The notes: generated by a model not told the origin, from the letters alone. A stretch of DNA of 64,000 nt from an uncultured Actinomycetes bacterium (GCA_903834515.1 CAILJM010000039.1:10600-74599); one strand, 5' to 3'. Positions 23,185 through 35,239 are shown, counted from the stretch's first letter. Made by a program: numbers and translations.

Positions 23185-25400
23185 TGGTAGAAGGCCTCAA
23201 TCCTGCGCAAGAGGCGGCGGTAGTGCACGAGGGTACCCCGTTACTCGTTGTCGCTGGTGCAGGCTCAGGTAAGACGCGTGTTTTGACCCGCCGCATCGCC
23301 TACCTTATGGCTGCTCGAGGTGTTGCCCCATTTGAGATCCTCGCTATTACCTTTACCAACAAGGCCGCGGCAGAGATGAAAGAGCGCGTAGCCGATTTGG
23401 TGGGTGATCGTGCGCGGAGCATGTGGGTTTCAACTTTCCATAGCGCCTGCGTTCGCATACTCCGTCAAGAGGCGTCACGACTCGGTTATTCAAATTCCTT
23501 CACGATCTATGACTCCAGCGATAGCCTCCGACTTCTCTCAGTCATCATGAAAGATATGCACCTGGATTCAAAGCAGTACACGCCTCGGGCCGTGCATTCA
23601 GTAATCTCCGCTGCAAAGAATGAGCTTATGGGTCCAGCCGACTTTCAATTGCAAGCATCAGATGCCTTCACTCATATCGTTGCAGAGATATTCGCGGTCT
23701 ATCAGCGACGCCTGCACTCTGCGAATGCGATGGATTTTGATGATCTCATTGGCAAGACCGTCGAAGTACTCCAACGCTTTCCAGAGGCGAGAAATAGATA
23801 CCGCTCTCGGTTCAAGCATGTCTTAGTGGATGAATATCAAGATACCAACCATGCTCAATATATTTTGGTCCGCGAGCTGGTGGGTACCCCAACTGAGGGT
23901 TTGCCCATGGCTGAACTCTGCGTGGTTGGAGATGCAGATCAGTCGATCTACGCATTCCGTGGTGCAAATATTCGCAATATCTTGCAGTTCGAAGAGGATT
24001 ATCAGAACTCTTCAACGATTCTCCTCGAACAGAACTATCGTTCGACGCAAAACATCCTAGGCGCAGCAAATGCGGTGATCTCCAATAATCCAGGTCGCAA
24101 AGATAAGAACCTCTGGTCGCAAGAAGGTGCCGGCGCACCAATCATCGGTTACCTGGCTGAGTCAGATCATGATGAAGCTGGTTTCGTTGGCCGAGAGATC
24201 AATCGATTACGAGATGAGAATGAATCCCAGCCTGGGGAAACTGCGATTTTTTATCGTACAAATGCCCAATCTCGTATCTTTGAAGAGACCTTTATGCGTA
24301 TGGCGATTCCTTACAAAGTCGTCGGTGGCGTCCGCTTTTATGAGCGAAAAGAGGTCAAGGATTTCCTCGGCTATCTCAGGGTGTTAGTAAATACCGAAGA
24401 TGAAATTTCTCTCCGTCGAATCATTAATACCCCTAAAAGGGGAATTGGCGATCGCGCTCTTGAAATAATTGATGCTTATGCCAAATCTGCTGGCATATCT
24501 TTTTGGAGCGCGCTCTCGCAAGCAAGCGATGCACCTGGAGTTGCCGCGCGTGCTGCTGGTTCGATCAGAGATTTTGTCGCTCTCATCGAACAGATGCGCA
24601 CCTTGGTTGAAGCGAAGGTGCGGCCTTCTGTCATTGCCCAAGCGGTTCTTGAACAGAGTGGCTTACTTGCTGAGTTGCAAAATTCTGAAGATCCGCAAGA
24701 TGAAGGTCGTATCGAAAATCTAGAAGAGTTGGTATCTGTTGCTACCGAGTACGAAGAAGGCGAAGTTGAAGACGGCGAAGAGATCTCACTTCTAGGTTTC
24801 TTAGAGCAAGTCTCACTCGTTGCCGACTCAGATCAAATACCAGATGGTGAGAACCACGGCGGAGTAGTCACGATGATGACCCTTCACACCGCGAAGGGTT
24901 TGGAATTTCCCACGGTCTTTCTCACCGGAATGGAGGAGGGAATTTTCCCTCACTCTCGCACATTGGGTGACCCATCTGAGATCGAGGAGGAGCGGCGTCT
25001 TGCCTATGTTGGATTAACACGTGCTCGCAAACGCCTCTATCTCTCTAGATCAGAGTATCGATCCTCATGGGGTGCACCGACCTATAACCCACCATCACGT
25101 TTCTTGAGTGAAATTCCCGAGACACTCATAACCTGGAACGAGCTTCGAACCACTTCTTCAGCTCTCTCCACTCGATCCTCTGCGCCGCGATCATTTGGGC
25201 CGCCACCGAAGGCGACAGGAAAGCGGACATCAGAGACTATTGCTCTTGCCCCGGGGGATCGTGTGTCCCATGACACATTTGGTTTGGGGACGGTCGTGGA
25301 AGTAAGCGGGGATGGCGATCGGGCGCAAGCGACAATCAACTTTGGCAGCGCGGGCGAGAAGCGCCTCTTGCTCAGATATGCGCCGGTAGAGAAGCTCTAA
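23178..25400 (+). CDS. pcrA: ATP-dependent DNA helicase PcrA/UvrD
   Basis: It has LNPAQEAAV, the Walker A AGAGSGKT, VDEYQDTN, TLHTAKGLEFP and YVGLTRA, with a C-terminal Tudor-like GDRVSHDTFGLGTV. The ORF is open from 23055 but that part overlaps the divergent gene. The start was chosen at GTG 23178 with low certainty. Confidence 0.9.
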   Translation: MSLVEGLNPAQEAAVVHEGTPLLVVAGAGSGKTRVLTRRIAYLMAARGVAPFEILAITFTNKAAAEMKERVADLVGDRARSMWVSTFHSACVRILRQEASRLGYSNSFTIYDSSDSLRLLSVIMKDMHLDSKQYTPRAVHSVISAAKNELMGPADFQLQASDAFTHIVAEIFAVYQRRLHSANAMDFDDLIGKTVEVLQRFPEARNRYRSRFKHVLVDEYQDTNHAQYILVRELVGTPTEGLPMAELCVVGDADQSIYAFRGANIRNILQFEEDYQNSSTILLEQNYRSTQNILGAANAVISNNPGRKDKNLWSQEGAGAPIIGYLAESDHDEAGFVGREINRLRDENESQPGETAIFYRTNAQSRIFEETFMRMAIPYKVVGGVRFYERKEVKDFLGYLRVLVNTEDEISLRRIINTPKRGIGDRALEIIDAYAKSAGISFWSALSQASDAPGVAARAAGSIRDFVALIEQMRTLVEAKVRPSVIAQAVLEQSGLLAELQNSEDPQDEGRIENLEELVSVATEYEEGEVEDGEEISLLGFLEQVSLVADSDQIPDGENHGGVVTMMTLHTAKGLEFPTVFLTGMEEGIFPHSRTLGDPSEIEEERRLAYVGLTRARKRLYLSRSEYRSSWGAPTYNPPSRFLSEIPETLITWNELRTTSSALSTRSSAPRSFGPPPKATGKRTSETIALAPGDRVSHDTFGLGTVVEVSGDGDRAQATINFGSAGEKRLLLRYAPVEKL

Positions 25401-25470
25401 ATCCCTATTAGAATCGCACCCGTTAGCTGGTTTATCTAACCAAGTTTCTCTATGTAGATCGGGGTAGTGA

Positions 25471-26631
25471 GTGGATCTCTTCGAGTATCAAGCTCGAGAT
25501 CTCTTCGAAGCACATAACATTCCAGTACTCGGTGGCGCTGTTGCATCAACTGCAGCAGAAGCAGAGGCCGCGGCTGCATCTATGGGCGGAAAAGTTGTCG
25601 TCAAAGCACAGGTAAAGATTGGTGGTCGCGGAAAGGCTGGCGGCGTAAAGCTCGCAGAGAGCGCTGCAGATGCCCGCGTAAAAGCTGAAGCGATTCTCGG
25701 TATGGATATCAAAGGTCATACAGTCCATAAAGTGATGATCGCGCAAGCGGCGCCGATTGCTGAAGAGTATTACATGGCAATTTTGCTTGACCGCGCGAAC
25801 CGAAATTTCCTCGTTATGGCATCAGTTGCCGGCGGCATGGAGATTGAGGAAGTCGCGCATTCCCAACCAGAAAAATTAGCACGCGTTGGAATCGATCCGA
25901 ATGTTGGTATCTCGCAAGCGCAGGCTATTGAGATCGTAAAGGCGGGGCAGTTCCCCGCAGAGGTGATCGATCAAGTTGCAGATGTGCTCATTAAGTTATG
26001 GGCAGCATTTGTAGCCGAAGATGCAACCTTGATGGAGATCAATCCACTCGTCAAAACTGAAGATGGTCGCATCGTTGCATTAGATGGAAAAGTAACTCTC
26101 GATGACAACGCATCATTCCGACATGCAGCTCATGCTGATCTTGAGGATCATGCCTCTGCTAACCCACTTGAAGCGGCCGCGAAGGCAAAGAACCTTAACT
26201 ACGTGAAACTCGATGGCGAAGTTGGAATTATTGGGAATGGCGCGGGATTGGTCATGAGCACTCTCGATGTCGTTGCTTATGCGGGTGAGAAGTATGGCGT
26301 TAAGCCGGCAAACTTCCTCGATATCGGTGGTGGCGCTTCAGCAGAAGTCATGGCCAATGGCCTATCAATCATCTTGGGTGATCCAGATGTTCGAAGTGTT
26401 TTTGTAAATGTCTTTGGTGGCATTACCGCTTGCGACGCTGTCGCAAATGGAATCGTTCAAGCTCTTGAAATCCTTGGTGATAAAGCTACGAAACCAATCG
26501 TTGTTCGCCTTGATGGAAACAACGTCCTCGAGGGTCGTCGTATTTTGAATGAAGCAGCGCACCCATTGGTGCAGCAACTTGAGACCATGGATGGCGCAGC
26601 TGCTAAAGCTGCAGAATTGGCGGCTAAATAA
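25471..26631 (+). CDS. sucC: succinate--CoA ligase (ADP-forming) beta subunit
   Basis: 386 aa with a GTG start. It begins [11 protein letters not shown] and has the ATP-grasp [14 protein letters not shown]. Confidence 0.95.
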   Translation: MDLFEYQARDLFEAHNIPVLGGAVASTAAEAEAAAASMGGKVVVKAQVKIGGRGKAGGVKLAESAADARVKAEAILGMDIKGHTVHKVMIAQAAPIAEEYYMAILLDRANRNFLVMASVAGGMEIEEVAHSQPEKLARVGIDPNVGISQAQAIEIVKAGQFPAEVIDQVADVLIKLWAAFVAEDATLMEINPLVKTEDGRIVALDGKVTLDDNASFRHAAHADLEDHASANPLEAAAKAKNLNYVKLDGEVGIIGNGAGLVMSTLDVVAYAGEKYGVKPANFLDIGGGASAEVMANGLSIILGDPDVRSVFVNVFGGITACDAVANGIVQALEILGDKATKPIVVRLDGNNVLEGRRILNEAAHPLVQQLETMDGAAAKAAELAAK

Positions 26632-27512
26632 TGGCTATCTTCGTCGATGAAAATACCAAGGTAATCGTTCAGGGAATGACAGGTTCTGAAGGTACTAAGC
26701 ACACTGGCCGTATGATCAAGTCTGGCACCAATATCGTCGGCGGTGTTACGCCAGGCAAGGGTGGCCAAGTTGTCGAAATCGAAGGCAAGCAGTTACCTGT
26801 TTTCAACTCAGTTGCTGAGGCGGTAGCGGCAACTGGCGCAAATGCATCGGTCGTCTTCGTTCCGCCAAAATTTGCAAAGGCTGCTGTCATTGATGCGATT
26901 GATGCGCAACTCCCTCTCTGCGTCGTAATCACTGAGGGAATCCCCGTTCATGATTCTGCAGCGTTCTACGCATATGCAGCGACTAAGGGAACTACTCGTT
27001 TAATTGGTCCAAACTGCCCTGGTCTTATTAGCCCTGGAAAAGCGAACCTAGGAATCATTCCAGCTGATATCACTGGCCCAGGAAAGATTGGTCTCGTCTC
27101 GAAGTCAGGAACGCTTACCTATCAGATGATGTTTGAACTTCGTGATTTTGGTTTCTCAACCGCTGTTGGAATCGGCGGAGATCCAATTATCGGAACGACT
27201 CATATCGATGCACTTCGCGCATTCCAAGATGATCCCGAGACAGAAGCAATTGTGATGATCGGTGAAATCGGCGGTGATGCTGAAGAACGAGCTGCTGCAT
27301 TTATCAAGGAGTATGTCACTAAGCCGGTTGTCGGATACGTCGCTGGATTTACAGCTCCTGAAGGCAAAACCATGGGTCACGCTGGTGCGATCGTTTCTGG
27401 TTCGTCGGGAACTGCACAAGCGAAGAAAGAGGCGCTTGAAGCAGCAGGTGTCGCCGTCGGTAAGACTCCAAGTGAGACTGCCGCGCTGATGCGTAAACTA
27501 CTTGGCAAGTAA
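26631..27512 (+). CDS. sucD: succinate--CoA ligase alpha subunit
   Basis: 293 aa with VQGMTGSEG and the phosphohistidine loop GHAGAI. There is a 1-nt overlap with sucC. Confidence 0.95.
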   Translation: MAIFVDENTKVIVQGMTGSEGTKHTGRMIKSGTNIVGGVTPGKGGQVVEIEGKQLPVFNSVAEAVAATGANASVVFVPPKFAKAAVIDAIDAQLPLCVVITEGIPVHDSAAFYAYAATKGTTRLIGPNCPGLISPGKANLGIIPADITGPGKIGLVSKSGTLTYQMMFELRDFGFSTAVGIGGDPIIGTTHIDALRAFQDDPETEAIVMIGEIGGDAEERAAAFIKEYVTKPVVGYVAGFTAPEGKTMGHAGAIVSGSSGTAQAKKEALEAAGVAVGKTPSETAALMRKLLGK

Positions 27513-27520
27513 AGATTTCG

Positions 27521-28612
27521 ATGCTCGGACGTATCCTCGCGGTCTCTCTTCAACAGGCCGCGCGGAGCGTCGCGCTCACACTCTTTCCAGCTAGCTTTAT
27601 CGCACTATTTGCTTGGGCTACTGCAGGTAGCCAAACCGGAAATACCACCGACCCAATTCGTGCATCTATCTGGATCTGGCTTGGCGCTCATCTCATTCCC
27701 TTTCATCTCAACATTTCTAGTCAACACCTTGCTGGCGGTCTCAGCACTCTGCCACTAGGCGCACTTATCTTTCCTATCTGGGCAATCCGCAAGAGTTTCC
27801 CCAAGGTGAAAGAAGTCTTGCCAAAAGTTGAGGGTGCACGTTTCTTCTTCGCGCTCTCATACTCGATCATCGCCACCTCTTTGGCACTTCTTTCCAGTAG
27901 TTCAGGGATCAAGCCGCTTTGGTATTTAGTGCCACTCTTCACCTTTCCGATCTCTTACCTCGCCACCTATGACTTTAAGGCTGCCGAGAATCGATATATG
28001 CGATTTAGCCTCCATGCACTTCTCTTCGCATGGGGAATCGCTGGGATCATTCTGGCGATTTCTCTGATTGCACATTGGAGTGTCCTGCGCGACCTTGGCA
28101 CTGTTATATCGCCCGGGATCGTCGGGGGAGTTCTCTTCGTTGCGATACAAATTCTATACATTCCTAATGCCGCCTTCATTGCCCTCTTCTATCTCACCGG
28201 GGTTGGATTTTCATTAGGTGCTGGCACGGCTTTGGGATCGACGCAATTCACGGTACATGGAATTCCGGCGATACCACTTCTCGCTTCGCTTCCTACAGGC
28301 AGACATCCACTTCTCACACAATCGACTCTTCTGTTAATTCTCTTCGCGATAATTGCATTGGCTCCGGTATGGCGCGAAAACGTGCGATTTAAGAGCCGCC
28401 AGTTCTTTGCGATTCGAACTTCGCTACTTACTCTTGCGATCATCTCGTTGATTGCATATTTATCATCAGGTGAGCTCTTAACTTCTGAAATGAATCTCGT
28501 AGGTCTGCGGTGGTGGAAGGTGAGCGGCTACATGTCGATCGGTTTTACTCTTGCGCTCGTTGTGATGGTCTACATACCCGCACTCTTTCAACGGATTCGA
28601 AACCATGAGTAA
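27521..28612 (+). CDS. polytopic membrane protein, PerM/DUF6350-like (assigned by position)
   Basis: 363 aa with about 10 TM segments. It lies between sucD and purN, exactly where M. tuberculosis perM (Rv0955) sits. Confidence 0.55.
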   Translation: MLGRILAVSLQQAARSVALTLFPASFIALFAWATAGSQTGNTTDPIRASIWIWLGAHLIPFHLNISSQHLAGGLSTLPLGALIFPIWAIRKSFPKVKEVLPKVEGARFFFALSYSIIATSLALLSSSSGIKPLWYLVPLFTFPISYLATYDFKAAENRYMRFSLHALLFAWGIAGIILAISLIAHWSVLRDLGTVISPGIVGGVLFVAIQILYIPNAAFIALFYLTGVGFSLGAGTALGSTQFTVHGIPAIPLLASLPTGRHPLLTQSTLLLILFAIIALAPVWRENVRFKSRQFFAIRTSLLTLAIISLIAYLSSGELLTSEMNLVGLRWWKVSGYMSIGFTLALVVMVYIPALFQRIRNHE

Positions 28613-29165
28613 AAAAATATTATTAATGGCATCCGGTTCCGGTTCGCTCGCCCAGGCCATCTTCGATCACCCACTTGCTCAAAAATGTGAAATTGTTGGA
28701 TTGATATCTGATCGAGATTCGACGGCTCTTGTGCGTGCAAAAGCGGCGGGCGTGCCTGATATCTATCTACCCATGCGAGAAGACCGGTCCGAATGGAATC
28801 GTGAGCTCTTTGCGCTTGTGAGAGATCTCAATCCGGATCTTGTGGTCAGCGTTGGATTTATGCGCATTCTGGAACCAAAGTTTGTCGAACATTTTTCTGT
28901 ACTGAATACTCACCCGGCTCTCCTCCCAGCCTTTCCAGGGGCCCATGCAGTGAGAGATGCAATCGCAGCACGAGTCTCCGAGACGGGGACAACAGTTCAC
29001 TGGGTCGATGCTGGCGTAGATACTGGCCCAATAATCGCTCAACGCGTAGTTCCTGTGTTGGATGGCGACGATGAGGAATCTCTCCACGAACGCATTAAGA
29101 TTGCCGAACGAAATCTCATTGTCGAGACTCTCACCCAATGGATTGATGGAGCCCTTTCAAAATGA
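28605..29165 (+). CDS. purN: phosphoribosylglycinamide formyltransferase
   Basis: 186 aa with [17 protein letters not shown] and HWVD..VDTGPII. Confidence 0.9.
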   Translation: MSKKILLMASGSGSLAQAIFDHPLAQKCEIVGLISDRDSTALVRAKAAGVPDIYLPMREDRSEWNRELFALVRDLNPDLVVSVGFMRILEPKFVEHFSVLNTHPALLPAFPGAHAVRDAIAARVSETGTTVHWVDAGVDTGPIIAQRVVPVLDGDDEESLHERIKIAERNLIVETLTQWIDGALSK

Positions 29166-30703
29166 GTGAACGTAAGCAGATTCGACGGGCCTTGATAAGC
29201 GTCTATGAGAAGAGTGGTTTAGTCGAACTGGGCAAGGCCTTGGCCGATGCTGGCGTTGAGATTCTCTCGACCGGCTCTACAGCCAAGACGCTCTCTGCCG
29301 CTGGAATTGCGGTTATCGCAGTTGAGGATTACACCGGCTTCCCAGAGATGATGGGCGGTCGAGTAAAGACCTTGCACCCTCGCATTCATGGCGGCATTCT
29401 CGCCGATCAAGAAAATCCAGATCACATTGCGGCGATCACTTCTCATGAGATTGCACCATTTGATCTCATTGTTGTAAATCTCTACCCATTTAGTCAGACG
29501 ATCGCATCTACCGATGATTTTGCCGAATGCATTGAACAGATCGATATCGGTGGCCCAAGCATGCTTCGTGGGGCTGCAAAGAATCATGGCTCGGTAGCCG
29601 TGATCTCTGATCCTTCCCAATACGCGCGGGTGCACGAAGCGATCAAAGTTGGTGGTTTTACTCGCGAAGAGCGAACCGAGCTCGCAATGGAGACCTTTAG
29701 AACTACTGCAGAATATGACATGACGATCGCAACGTGGCTCGGCGAGAGAATTGATCGCTCCGATGACTGGCGAGCAAAAGTTTGGCAGCGAATCGCAGGA
29801 CTTCGTTATGGTGAGAATCCACATCAAGTAGCTTCTGTTTACGGTGAACCTGGAAGTAAAGGAATCGCGCAGGCAAAGCAACTTCACGGCAAAGAGATGT
29901 CTTTCAATAATTACACTGATGCGGATGCGGCACTTCGTTCAGCTTTTGACCACAGCGAGCCGTGTGTTGCGATCATCAAACACGCTAACCCTTGCGGAAT
30001 TGCCATCGCTTCCGATATCACCTTGGCCCATCAAAAGGCGCATGCCTGTGATCCAGTCTCTGCCTTTGGAGGCGTCGTCGCTGCAAACCGAGAGGTGAGC
30101 GCTGCGATGGCAAAGAATTTGAGTGAGATATTTACTGAGGTTGTTATCGCCCCTTCCTTTGAGGAAGCTGCAATCGAGATACTGAGCAAGAAGCCATCGA
30201 TTCGATTACTCACCATCGACGGATATTCGATTCCTCGTGAAGAACTTCGACCAATTTCAGGTGGCCTACTTATTCAAGGGTCCGACTTGGTTGATGCACA
30301 TGGAGATGATCCAACCAATTGGAAACAGGTAAGCGGTTCACCAGTTGATGCAGATCTTCTCGCGGATCTCACCTTTGCCTGGCGTGCTGCGCGCGCCGTA
30401 AAGAGCAATGCGATCTTGCTCGCTCACGACGGAGCTTCGGTCGGCGTGGGAATGGGACAGGTAAATCGAGTTGATTCTGCACGTTTGGCAGTAAGCCGCG
30501 CAGGGGAGCGCTCGAAAGGTTCAGTTGCATCAAGTGATGCATTCTTCCCATTTGCAGATGGGCTACAGATATTGATTGATGCTGGGGTGGTAGCGGTAGT
30601 TCAACCAGGTGGCAGTGTGCGGGATGAGGAAGTTATTGCTGCGGCACAATCAGCAGGAATTGCTATGTTCTTTACCGGTACTCGCCACTTCTCTCACGCT
30701 TAA
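29162..30703 (+). CDS. purH: bifunctional AICAR transformylase / IMP cyclohydrolase
   Basis: 513 aa with [19 protein letters not shown] and the C-terminus FTGTRHFSH. Confidence 0.95.
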   Translation: MSERKQIRRALISVYEKSGLVELGKALADAGVEILSTGSTAKTLSAAGIAVIAVEDYTGFPEMMGGRVKTLHPRIHGGILADQENPDHIAAITSHEIAPFDLIVVNLYPFSQTIASTDDFAECIEQIDIGGPSMLRGAAKNHGSVAVISDPSQYARVHEAIKVGGFTREERTELAMETFRTTAEYDMTIATWLGERIDRSDDWRAKVWQRIAGLRYGENPHQVASVYGEPGSKGIAQAKQLHGKEMSFNNYTDADAALRSAFDHSEPCVAIIKHANPCGIAIASDITLAHQKAHACDPVSAFGGVVAANREVSAAMAKNLSEIFTEVVIAPSFEEAAIEILSKKPSIRLLTIDGYSIPREELRPISGGLLIQGSDLVDAHGDDPTNWKQVSGSPVDADLLADLTFAWRAARAVKSNAILLAHDGASVGVGMGQVNRVDSARLAVSRAGERSKGSVASSDAFFPFADGLQILIDAGVVAVVQPGGSVRDEEVIAAAQSAGIAMFFTGTRHFSHA

Positions 30704-30741
30704 TTTTTACCTGTGAAAGATACGAAAGATAGGATTGACTC

Positions 30742-31581
30742 ATGACCGCAATCACCTTGGATGGTAAGGCCACTGCTGCGACTATTAAGGCTGAACTCAA
30801 GGTGCAAGTCGATGCCATGAGAAAAAAGCCTGGCCTCGGAACAATTCTTGTCGGCGATGATCCAGGTTCGCACTCCTATGTCGGTGGAAAACATAAAGAT
30901 TGTGCTGAAGTTGGAATCCAATCTATTCGCATTGATCTGCCAGCGAGTGCAACCCAAGCAGATGTACTCGCTGCAATTGATGATCTGAATCGTGCTTCAG
31001 AATGCACCGGTTACATCGTGCAGTTGCCACTTCCTCGTGGAATCGCCGCAAATACCATTCTTGAAGCCATCGATCCAGCAAAAGATGCTGATGGTCTACA
31101 TCCACTCAACCTCGGAAAATTAGTAATCGGTGAGCCGGCTCCTCTGCCATGCACACCACGAGGAATCATCGAACTTTTGCATCGCCATAATGTTTCAACC
31201 AAGGGTGCAGAAGTTGTCATCATTGGTAGAGGCCTCACGGTAGGCCGACCACTTGGACTCATTTTGTCTCGTCGAGGTGATGATGCAACCGTCACAACGG
31301 TCCATACCTCAACCCGCGATATCGCCCTCCATACTCGCAGCGCCGATATCGTTGTCGCTGCTGTCGGAGTTCCGCATTCAATCACCTCCGAGATGATCAA
31401 ACCCGGGGCAGCGGTGCTTGACGTAGGAATCACCCGCACTGACTCTGGATTGCAAGGCGATGTACATCCAGATGTCCGTGAAGTTGCGAGTTATTTCTCA
31501 CCTAATCCCGGTGGTGTTGGACCAATGACCAGGGCAATGCTGCTGACGAATGTCGTCGAATCTGCGCTTCTGCGCGGTTGA
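30742..31581 (+). CDS. folD: bifunctional methylenetetrahydrofolate dehydrogenase / methenyl-THF cyclohydrolase
   Basis: 279 aa with [26 protein letters not shown] and GGVGPMT. Confidence 0.95.
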   Translation: MTAITLDGKATAATIKAELKVQVDAMRKKPGLGTILVGDDPGSHSYVGGKHKDCAEVGIQSIRIDLPASATQADVLAAIDDLNRASECTGYIVQLPLPRGIAANTILEAIDPAKDADGLHPLNLGKLVIGEPAPLPCTPRGIIELLHRHNVSTKGAEVVIIGRGLTVGRPLGLILSRRGDDATVTTVHTSTRDIALHTRSADIVVAAVGVPHSITSEMIKPGAAVLDVGITRTDSGLQGDVHPDVREVASYFSPNPGGVGPMTRAMLLTNVVESALLRG

Positions 31582-31585
31582 GCCT

Positions 31586-31849
31586 ATGGAAAACGAGCGC
31601 ACTCAAGGCAAGAGGAGTCAGATCTCTAAGCCCGAACAATTTTCTATCCTCTTGATCTTTATCGGCACTTCCTTGGCAATACTTGATCGAGTACGGGCAG
31701 GTTCCGTCATTTTGGCGCTAGGCACAGCCGGTTTTGCCTTTCTGAAGTACAAAAGGGTAGGTATGAAGCGTCGAATTGAGTTATTTCTACCACTCGCCAT
31801 AGCGTGCGCGCTCTTTGTGGTGGCCGTGACCCTGCCCCACGCGAGGTAG
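31586..31849 (+). CDS. small two-TM membrane protein (DUF3017-like, assigned by position after folD)
   Basis: There are two hydrophobic helices. I moved the start from the 31550 ORF start to ATG 31586, just after the folD stop. Confidence 0.45.
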   Translation: MENERTQGKRSQISKPEQFSILLIFIGTSLAILDRVRAGSVILALGTAGFAFLKYKRVGMKRRIELFLPLAIACALFVVAVTLPHAR

Positions 31850-31906
31850 CATTTCAGCAGGATTTCCCAGAACCAGATAGATACGAGAGAAGGCGGGCAG
31901 GTAGAA

Positions 31907-32863
31907 ATGGCGCTAAAAGGGAAAGTTACAGTTGTCGGAGCCGGTTTTTACGGTTCAACAACAGCACTTCGCTTAGCAGAGTACAACATCTTCGAAACTG
32001 TTGTACTGACCGATATTGTCGAAGGTAAGCCAGAAGGTTTGGCGCTCGATATGAACCAATCTCGCCCCATCGAAGGATTCGAAACCAAGATCATCGGCGC
32101 AACAACGACACCAGATGGCGCTGGATATGAAGCGACAGCTAACTCGGATGTAGTTGTTATCACTGCAGGTCTTCCTCGTAAGCCTGGGATGTCACGTATG
32201 GATCTCATTGGAGTGAATGCAGGAATCGTTCGTGGCGTTGCCGAAAATATTGCAAAGCATTCGCCAAGCGCGGTCATCATCGTCGTATCGAATCCACTTG
32301 ATGAAATGACAGCTCTTGCACAACTTGCAACTGGCTTCCCAAAGCATCAAGTAATGGGCCAAGCGGGAATGCTCGACACAGCGAGATTTACAAATTTTGT
32401 TGCAGAGAAGGTCGGCGTTCCGGTCGGCTCTGTTAAGACTCTCACACTTGGATCTCACGGAGAGACGATGGTGCCAGTCCCAAGTCGCTGCACAGTCGAT
32501 GGTAAGCCTTTGAGTGAAATCTTGAGTGAAGCAGATATTGCCGAACTCGTTGATCGCACTCGAAACGGCGGCGCCGAGGTTGTCGCTCTTCTCAAGACTG
32601 GGTCAGCGTATTACGCACCATCCGCTGCGGCAGCGCGAATGGCTAAGGCAGTGATCGAAGATTCTGGTGCCATCATGCCGGTCTGTGCATGGGTCGAGGG
32701 TCAGTACGGCATTGAAGGGGTGTATCTCGGTGTCGAAGCAGAGATCGGCAAGAATGGAATTCGCAAGGTTATTGAGAGCTCTCTCACTGCCAGCGAAGTA
32801 GAAGCACTCAAAGTTGCGGCCGAGGCAGTCCGCGCCAAGCAAGCAGATGTAAAGGACCTCTAA
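31907..32863 (+). CDS. mdh: malate dehydrogenase (LDH-like type)
   Basis: 318 aa with the NAD fold VVGAGFYG, the substrate Arg loop [10 protein letters not shown], and SNPLD. Confidence 0.9.
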   Translation: MALKGKVTVVGAGFYGSTTALRLAEYNIFETVVLTDIVEGKPEGLALDMNQSRPIEGFETKIIGATTTPDGAGYEATANSDVVVITAGLPRKPGMSRMDLIGVNAGIVRGVAENIAKHSPSAVIIVVSNPLDEMTALAQLATGFPKHQVMGQAGMLDTARFTNFVAEKVGVPVGSVKTLTLGSHGETMVPVPSRCTVDGKPLSEILSEADIAELVDRTRNGGAEVVALLKTGSAYYAPSAAAARMAKAVIEDSGAIMPVCAWVEGQYGIEGVYLGVEAEIGKNGIRKVIESSLTASEVEALKVAAEAVRAKQADVKDL

Positions 32864-32864
32864 A

Positions 32865-34079
32865 ATGGAAAAGATCAAAGTAGAAGGAACCGTTGTTGAG
32901 CTTGATGGCGACGAGATGACGCGCATTATCTGGCAGTTCATCAAGGATAAGTTGATCCTGCCTTATCTCGATGTAAATCTTGAATATTATGATCTCGGTA
33001 TCGAAAAGCGCGATGAGACCGATGATCAGATCACGATCGATGCTGCAAAAGCTATTCAGAAGCATGGCGTTGGTATTAAGTGCGCAACGATCACTCCTGA
33101 TGAAGCGCGTGTAGAAGAGTTCGGACTCAAGAAGATGTGGAAGTCGCCGAACGGCACTATCCGCAACATTTTGGGCGGCGTCATCTTCCGCGAACCAATC
33201 ATCATCTCAAATGTTCCACGCTTGGTCCCGCACTGGACCCAACCAATTGTTATTGGGCGTCACGCCTTTGGCGATCAGTACCGTGCAACAGATTTTAAAG
33301 TCCCAGGTGCTGGCAAGCTGACGATGACCTTCGTGCCAGAAGATGGCTCAGAACCTATCGAGCACACAGTCTTTGACTTCCCAGGTTCTGGCGTCGCAAT
33401 GGCTATGTATAACTTGGACGATTCGATTCGCGACTTTGCGCGTGCATCGCTTAACTATGGAATTAAGCGAAAGTATCCCGTCTACCTTTCAACCAAGAAC
33501 ACAATCTTGAAAGCCTACGATGGTCGCTTCAAAGATATCTTCCAAGAGATCTATGAGGCAGAGTTCAAGGCAGAGTTTGAGAAGTTGGGGATTTGGTACG
33601 AACACCGTCTCATTGACGACATGGTTGCGATGTCACTTCGCATGCCTGGTGGATATGTATGGGCCTGTAAGAACTATGACGGAGACGTCCAGTCTGACAC
33701 CGTTGCGCAGGGCTATGGATCACTCGGCTTGATGACATCGGTCCTCATGACTCCAGATGGAAAGGTTGTTGAATCTGAAGCTGCTCACGGAACTGTGACT
33801 CGTCACTTCCGCGATCACCAAAAGGGTAAGGAGACCTCAACGAATCCAATCGCATCAATCTTTGCGTGGACTCAAGGTCTTGCCCACCGTGCAAAGCTTG
33901 ATAAGAACTCTGATCTCGCTGCATTTACTAAAACTCTTGAAGAGGTCTGTATTAAGACCGTTGAGTCAGGAAAGATGACAAAGGATCTTGCACTCCTCAT
34001 CGCCCCTGATGCTCCATACCTCAACACACAAGCATTCCTTGATGCTATTGATGAGAATCTTCAGAAGGCACTTGCGTAA
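32865..34079 (+). CDS. icd: NADP-dependent isocitrate dehydrogenase, homodimeric eukaryote-like type
   Basis: 404 aa with [20 protein letters not shown] and NYDGDVQSD. Confidence 0.93.
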   Translation: MEKIKVEGTVVELDGDEMTRIIWQFIKDKLILPYLDVNLEYYDLGIEKRDETDDQITIDAAKAIQKHGVGIKCATITPDEARVEEFGLKKMWKSPNGTIRNILGGVIFREPIIISNVPRLVPHWTQPIVIGRHAFGDQYRATDFKVPGAGKLTMTFVPEDGSEPIEHTVFDFPGSGVAMAMYNLDDSIRDFARASLNYGIKRKYPVYLSTKNTILKAYDGRFKDIFQEIYEAEFKAEFEKLGIWYEHRLIDDMVAMSLRMPGGYVWACKNYDGDVQSDTVAQGYGSLGLMTSVLMTPDGKVVESEAAHGTVTRHFRDHQKGKETSTNPIASIFAWTQGLAHRAKLDKNSDLAAFTKTLEEVCIKTVESGKMTKDLALLIAPDAPYLNTQAFLDAIDENLQKALA

Positions 34080-34112
34080 CAACTTCACCGTATTACAGAG
34101 CTCAATAAAAAA

Positions 34113-34139
34113 CCCCGCACCAACCGGTGCGGGGTTTTT
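34113..34139. terminator. bidirectional intrinsic terminator between icd (+) and msiK (-)
   Basis: CCCCGCACC (34113-34121) pairs with GGTGCGGGG (34126-34134). There is an A-run upstream and TTTTT downstream. Confidence 0.85.
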
Positions 34140-34153
34140 CTACTAACTACTTA

Positions 34154-35239
34154 TTACTTAGCGAGACGCTCGCCAGTTTCAGCATCGAAGAGGTGAATTG
34201 CTGAGACATTTGCTTCGACAGTGATTGTCTCGCCCGCCTTTGGTGGGTTCTTTGGATCCCAGCGAACGATGACCTGTGCGCCTTCATCAGTTGAATTAGC
34301 AAACTTCACGTTGCTATCTACTGGCTTTCCGTATACGAAGGCATCTGAGCCAAGCTCTTCAACTACTTCAACGAGAACATGGAAACCAGATGACGCTGGT
34401 GAGAAACCTTCTGGGCGAACACCAACGGTGACAGTTGATCCAGCTGAAGCTGGAACTGCAAACTTGAAGTCGCCGACATGTGCTTGACCACCTGAAACAG
34501 GGACATTGAGGAGGTTCATCGCAGGAGAGCCGATGAAGCCCGCAACGAATGCATTTGCTGGGTTGTCATAAAGGTTACGAGGTGTGTCGACCTGCTGGAG
34601 CAAGCCATCTTTGAGAACCGCTACACGGTCACCCATGGTCATTGCTTCAACCTGATCGTGAGTTACATAAACCGTTGTGATACCGAGGCGGCGCTGAAGA
34701 GCGGCGATCTGAGTACGTGTTGCAACACGAAGCTTTGCATCAAGGTTTGAAAGTGGTTCATCCATCAAGAAGACCTGAGGTTCACGAACAATTGCGCGAC
34801 CCATTGCTACGCGCTGACGTTGTCCACCAGAGAGAGCCTTTGGCTTGCGGTCTAGGTATGGCTCGAGATCGAGCAACTTTGCTGCTTCAAGAACTCGGCG
34901 GTCACGCTCTGCCTTATCAACGCCAGCAATCTTGAGCGCAAAGCCCATGTTCTCGGCGACTGACATATGTGGGTAGAGAGCGTAAGACTGGAAGACCATC
35001 GCGATATCGCGATCTTTTGGTGCAACGTTGGTGACATCACGATCGCCGATGCGAATGATTCCGCCATCGACTTCTTCAAGTCCGGCCAACATACGAAGTG
35101 ATGTTGACTTTCCGCAACCTGAAGGGCCAACGAGGACGAGGAACTCGCCATCATTAACTGTGAGGTTCAACTTATCTACAGCAGGCTTAGTTGTGCCTGG
35201 GTAGATGCGTGATGCATTTTCGAATACGACTGATGCCAT
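34154..35239 (-). CDS. msiK: sugar ABC transporter ATP-binding protein (MsiK/MalK/UgpC type)
   Basis: Motifs are GPSGCGKST, LSGGQRQRVA and FLMDEPLSNLD, with a C-terminal regulatory beta-domain. I moved the start from the 35320 ORF start to ATG 35239, which follows a GGAGAAGGAG Shine-Dalgarno. Confidence 0.88.
   Translation of the reverse strand: MASVVFENASRIYPGTTKPAVDKLNLTVNDGEFLVLVGPSGCGKSTSLRMLAGLEEVDGGIIRIGDRDVTNVAPKDRDIAMVFQSYALYPHMSVAENMGFALKIAGVDKAERDRRVLEAAKLLDLEPYLDRKPKALSGGQRQRVAMGRAIVREPQVFLMDEPLSNLDAKLRVATRTQIAALQRRLGITTVYVTHDQVEAMTMGDRVAVLKDGLLQQVDTPRNLYDNPANAFVAGFIGSPAMNLLNVPVSGGQAHVGDFKFAVPASAGSTVTVGVRPEGFSPASSGFHVLVEVVEELGSDAFVYGKPVDSNVKFANSTDEGAQVIVRWDPKNPPKAGETITVEANVSAIHLFDAETGERLAK

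Noticed and set aside
22744-23190. A 148-aa plus-strand ORF, together with the 23055-23177 N-terminal extension of pcrA.
   Set aside because: Both are antisense to the PIG-L deacetylase, whose AHPDD zinc motif lies in this stretch. PcrA homology only begins at about 23184.
29219-29887. A 222-aa ORF on the minus strand.
   Set aside because: It lies entirely antisense within purH, which has unambiguous conserved motifs. The product has no recognisable motifs and an odd composition. It is a typical shadow ORF.
30704-30741. A possible ZTP (pfl) riboswitch upstream of folD, purH or purU, which are typical hosts in Actinobacteria.
   Set aside because: The upstream spacers are too short for the bipartite motif: 38 nt for folD, 26 nt for purU and an overlap for purH. 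No GGGTCGTGAC or CCGCCTGGGCA-like elements were seen.
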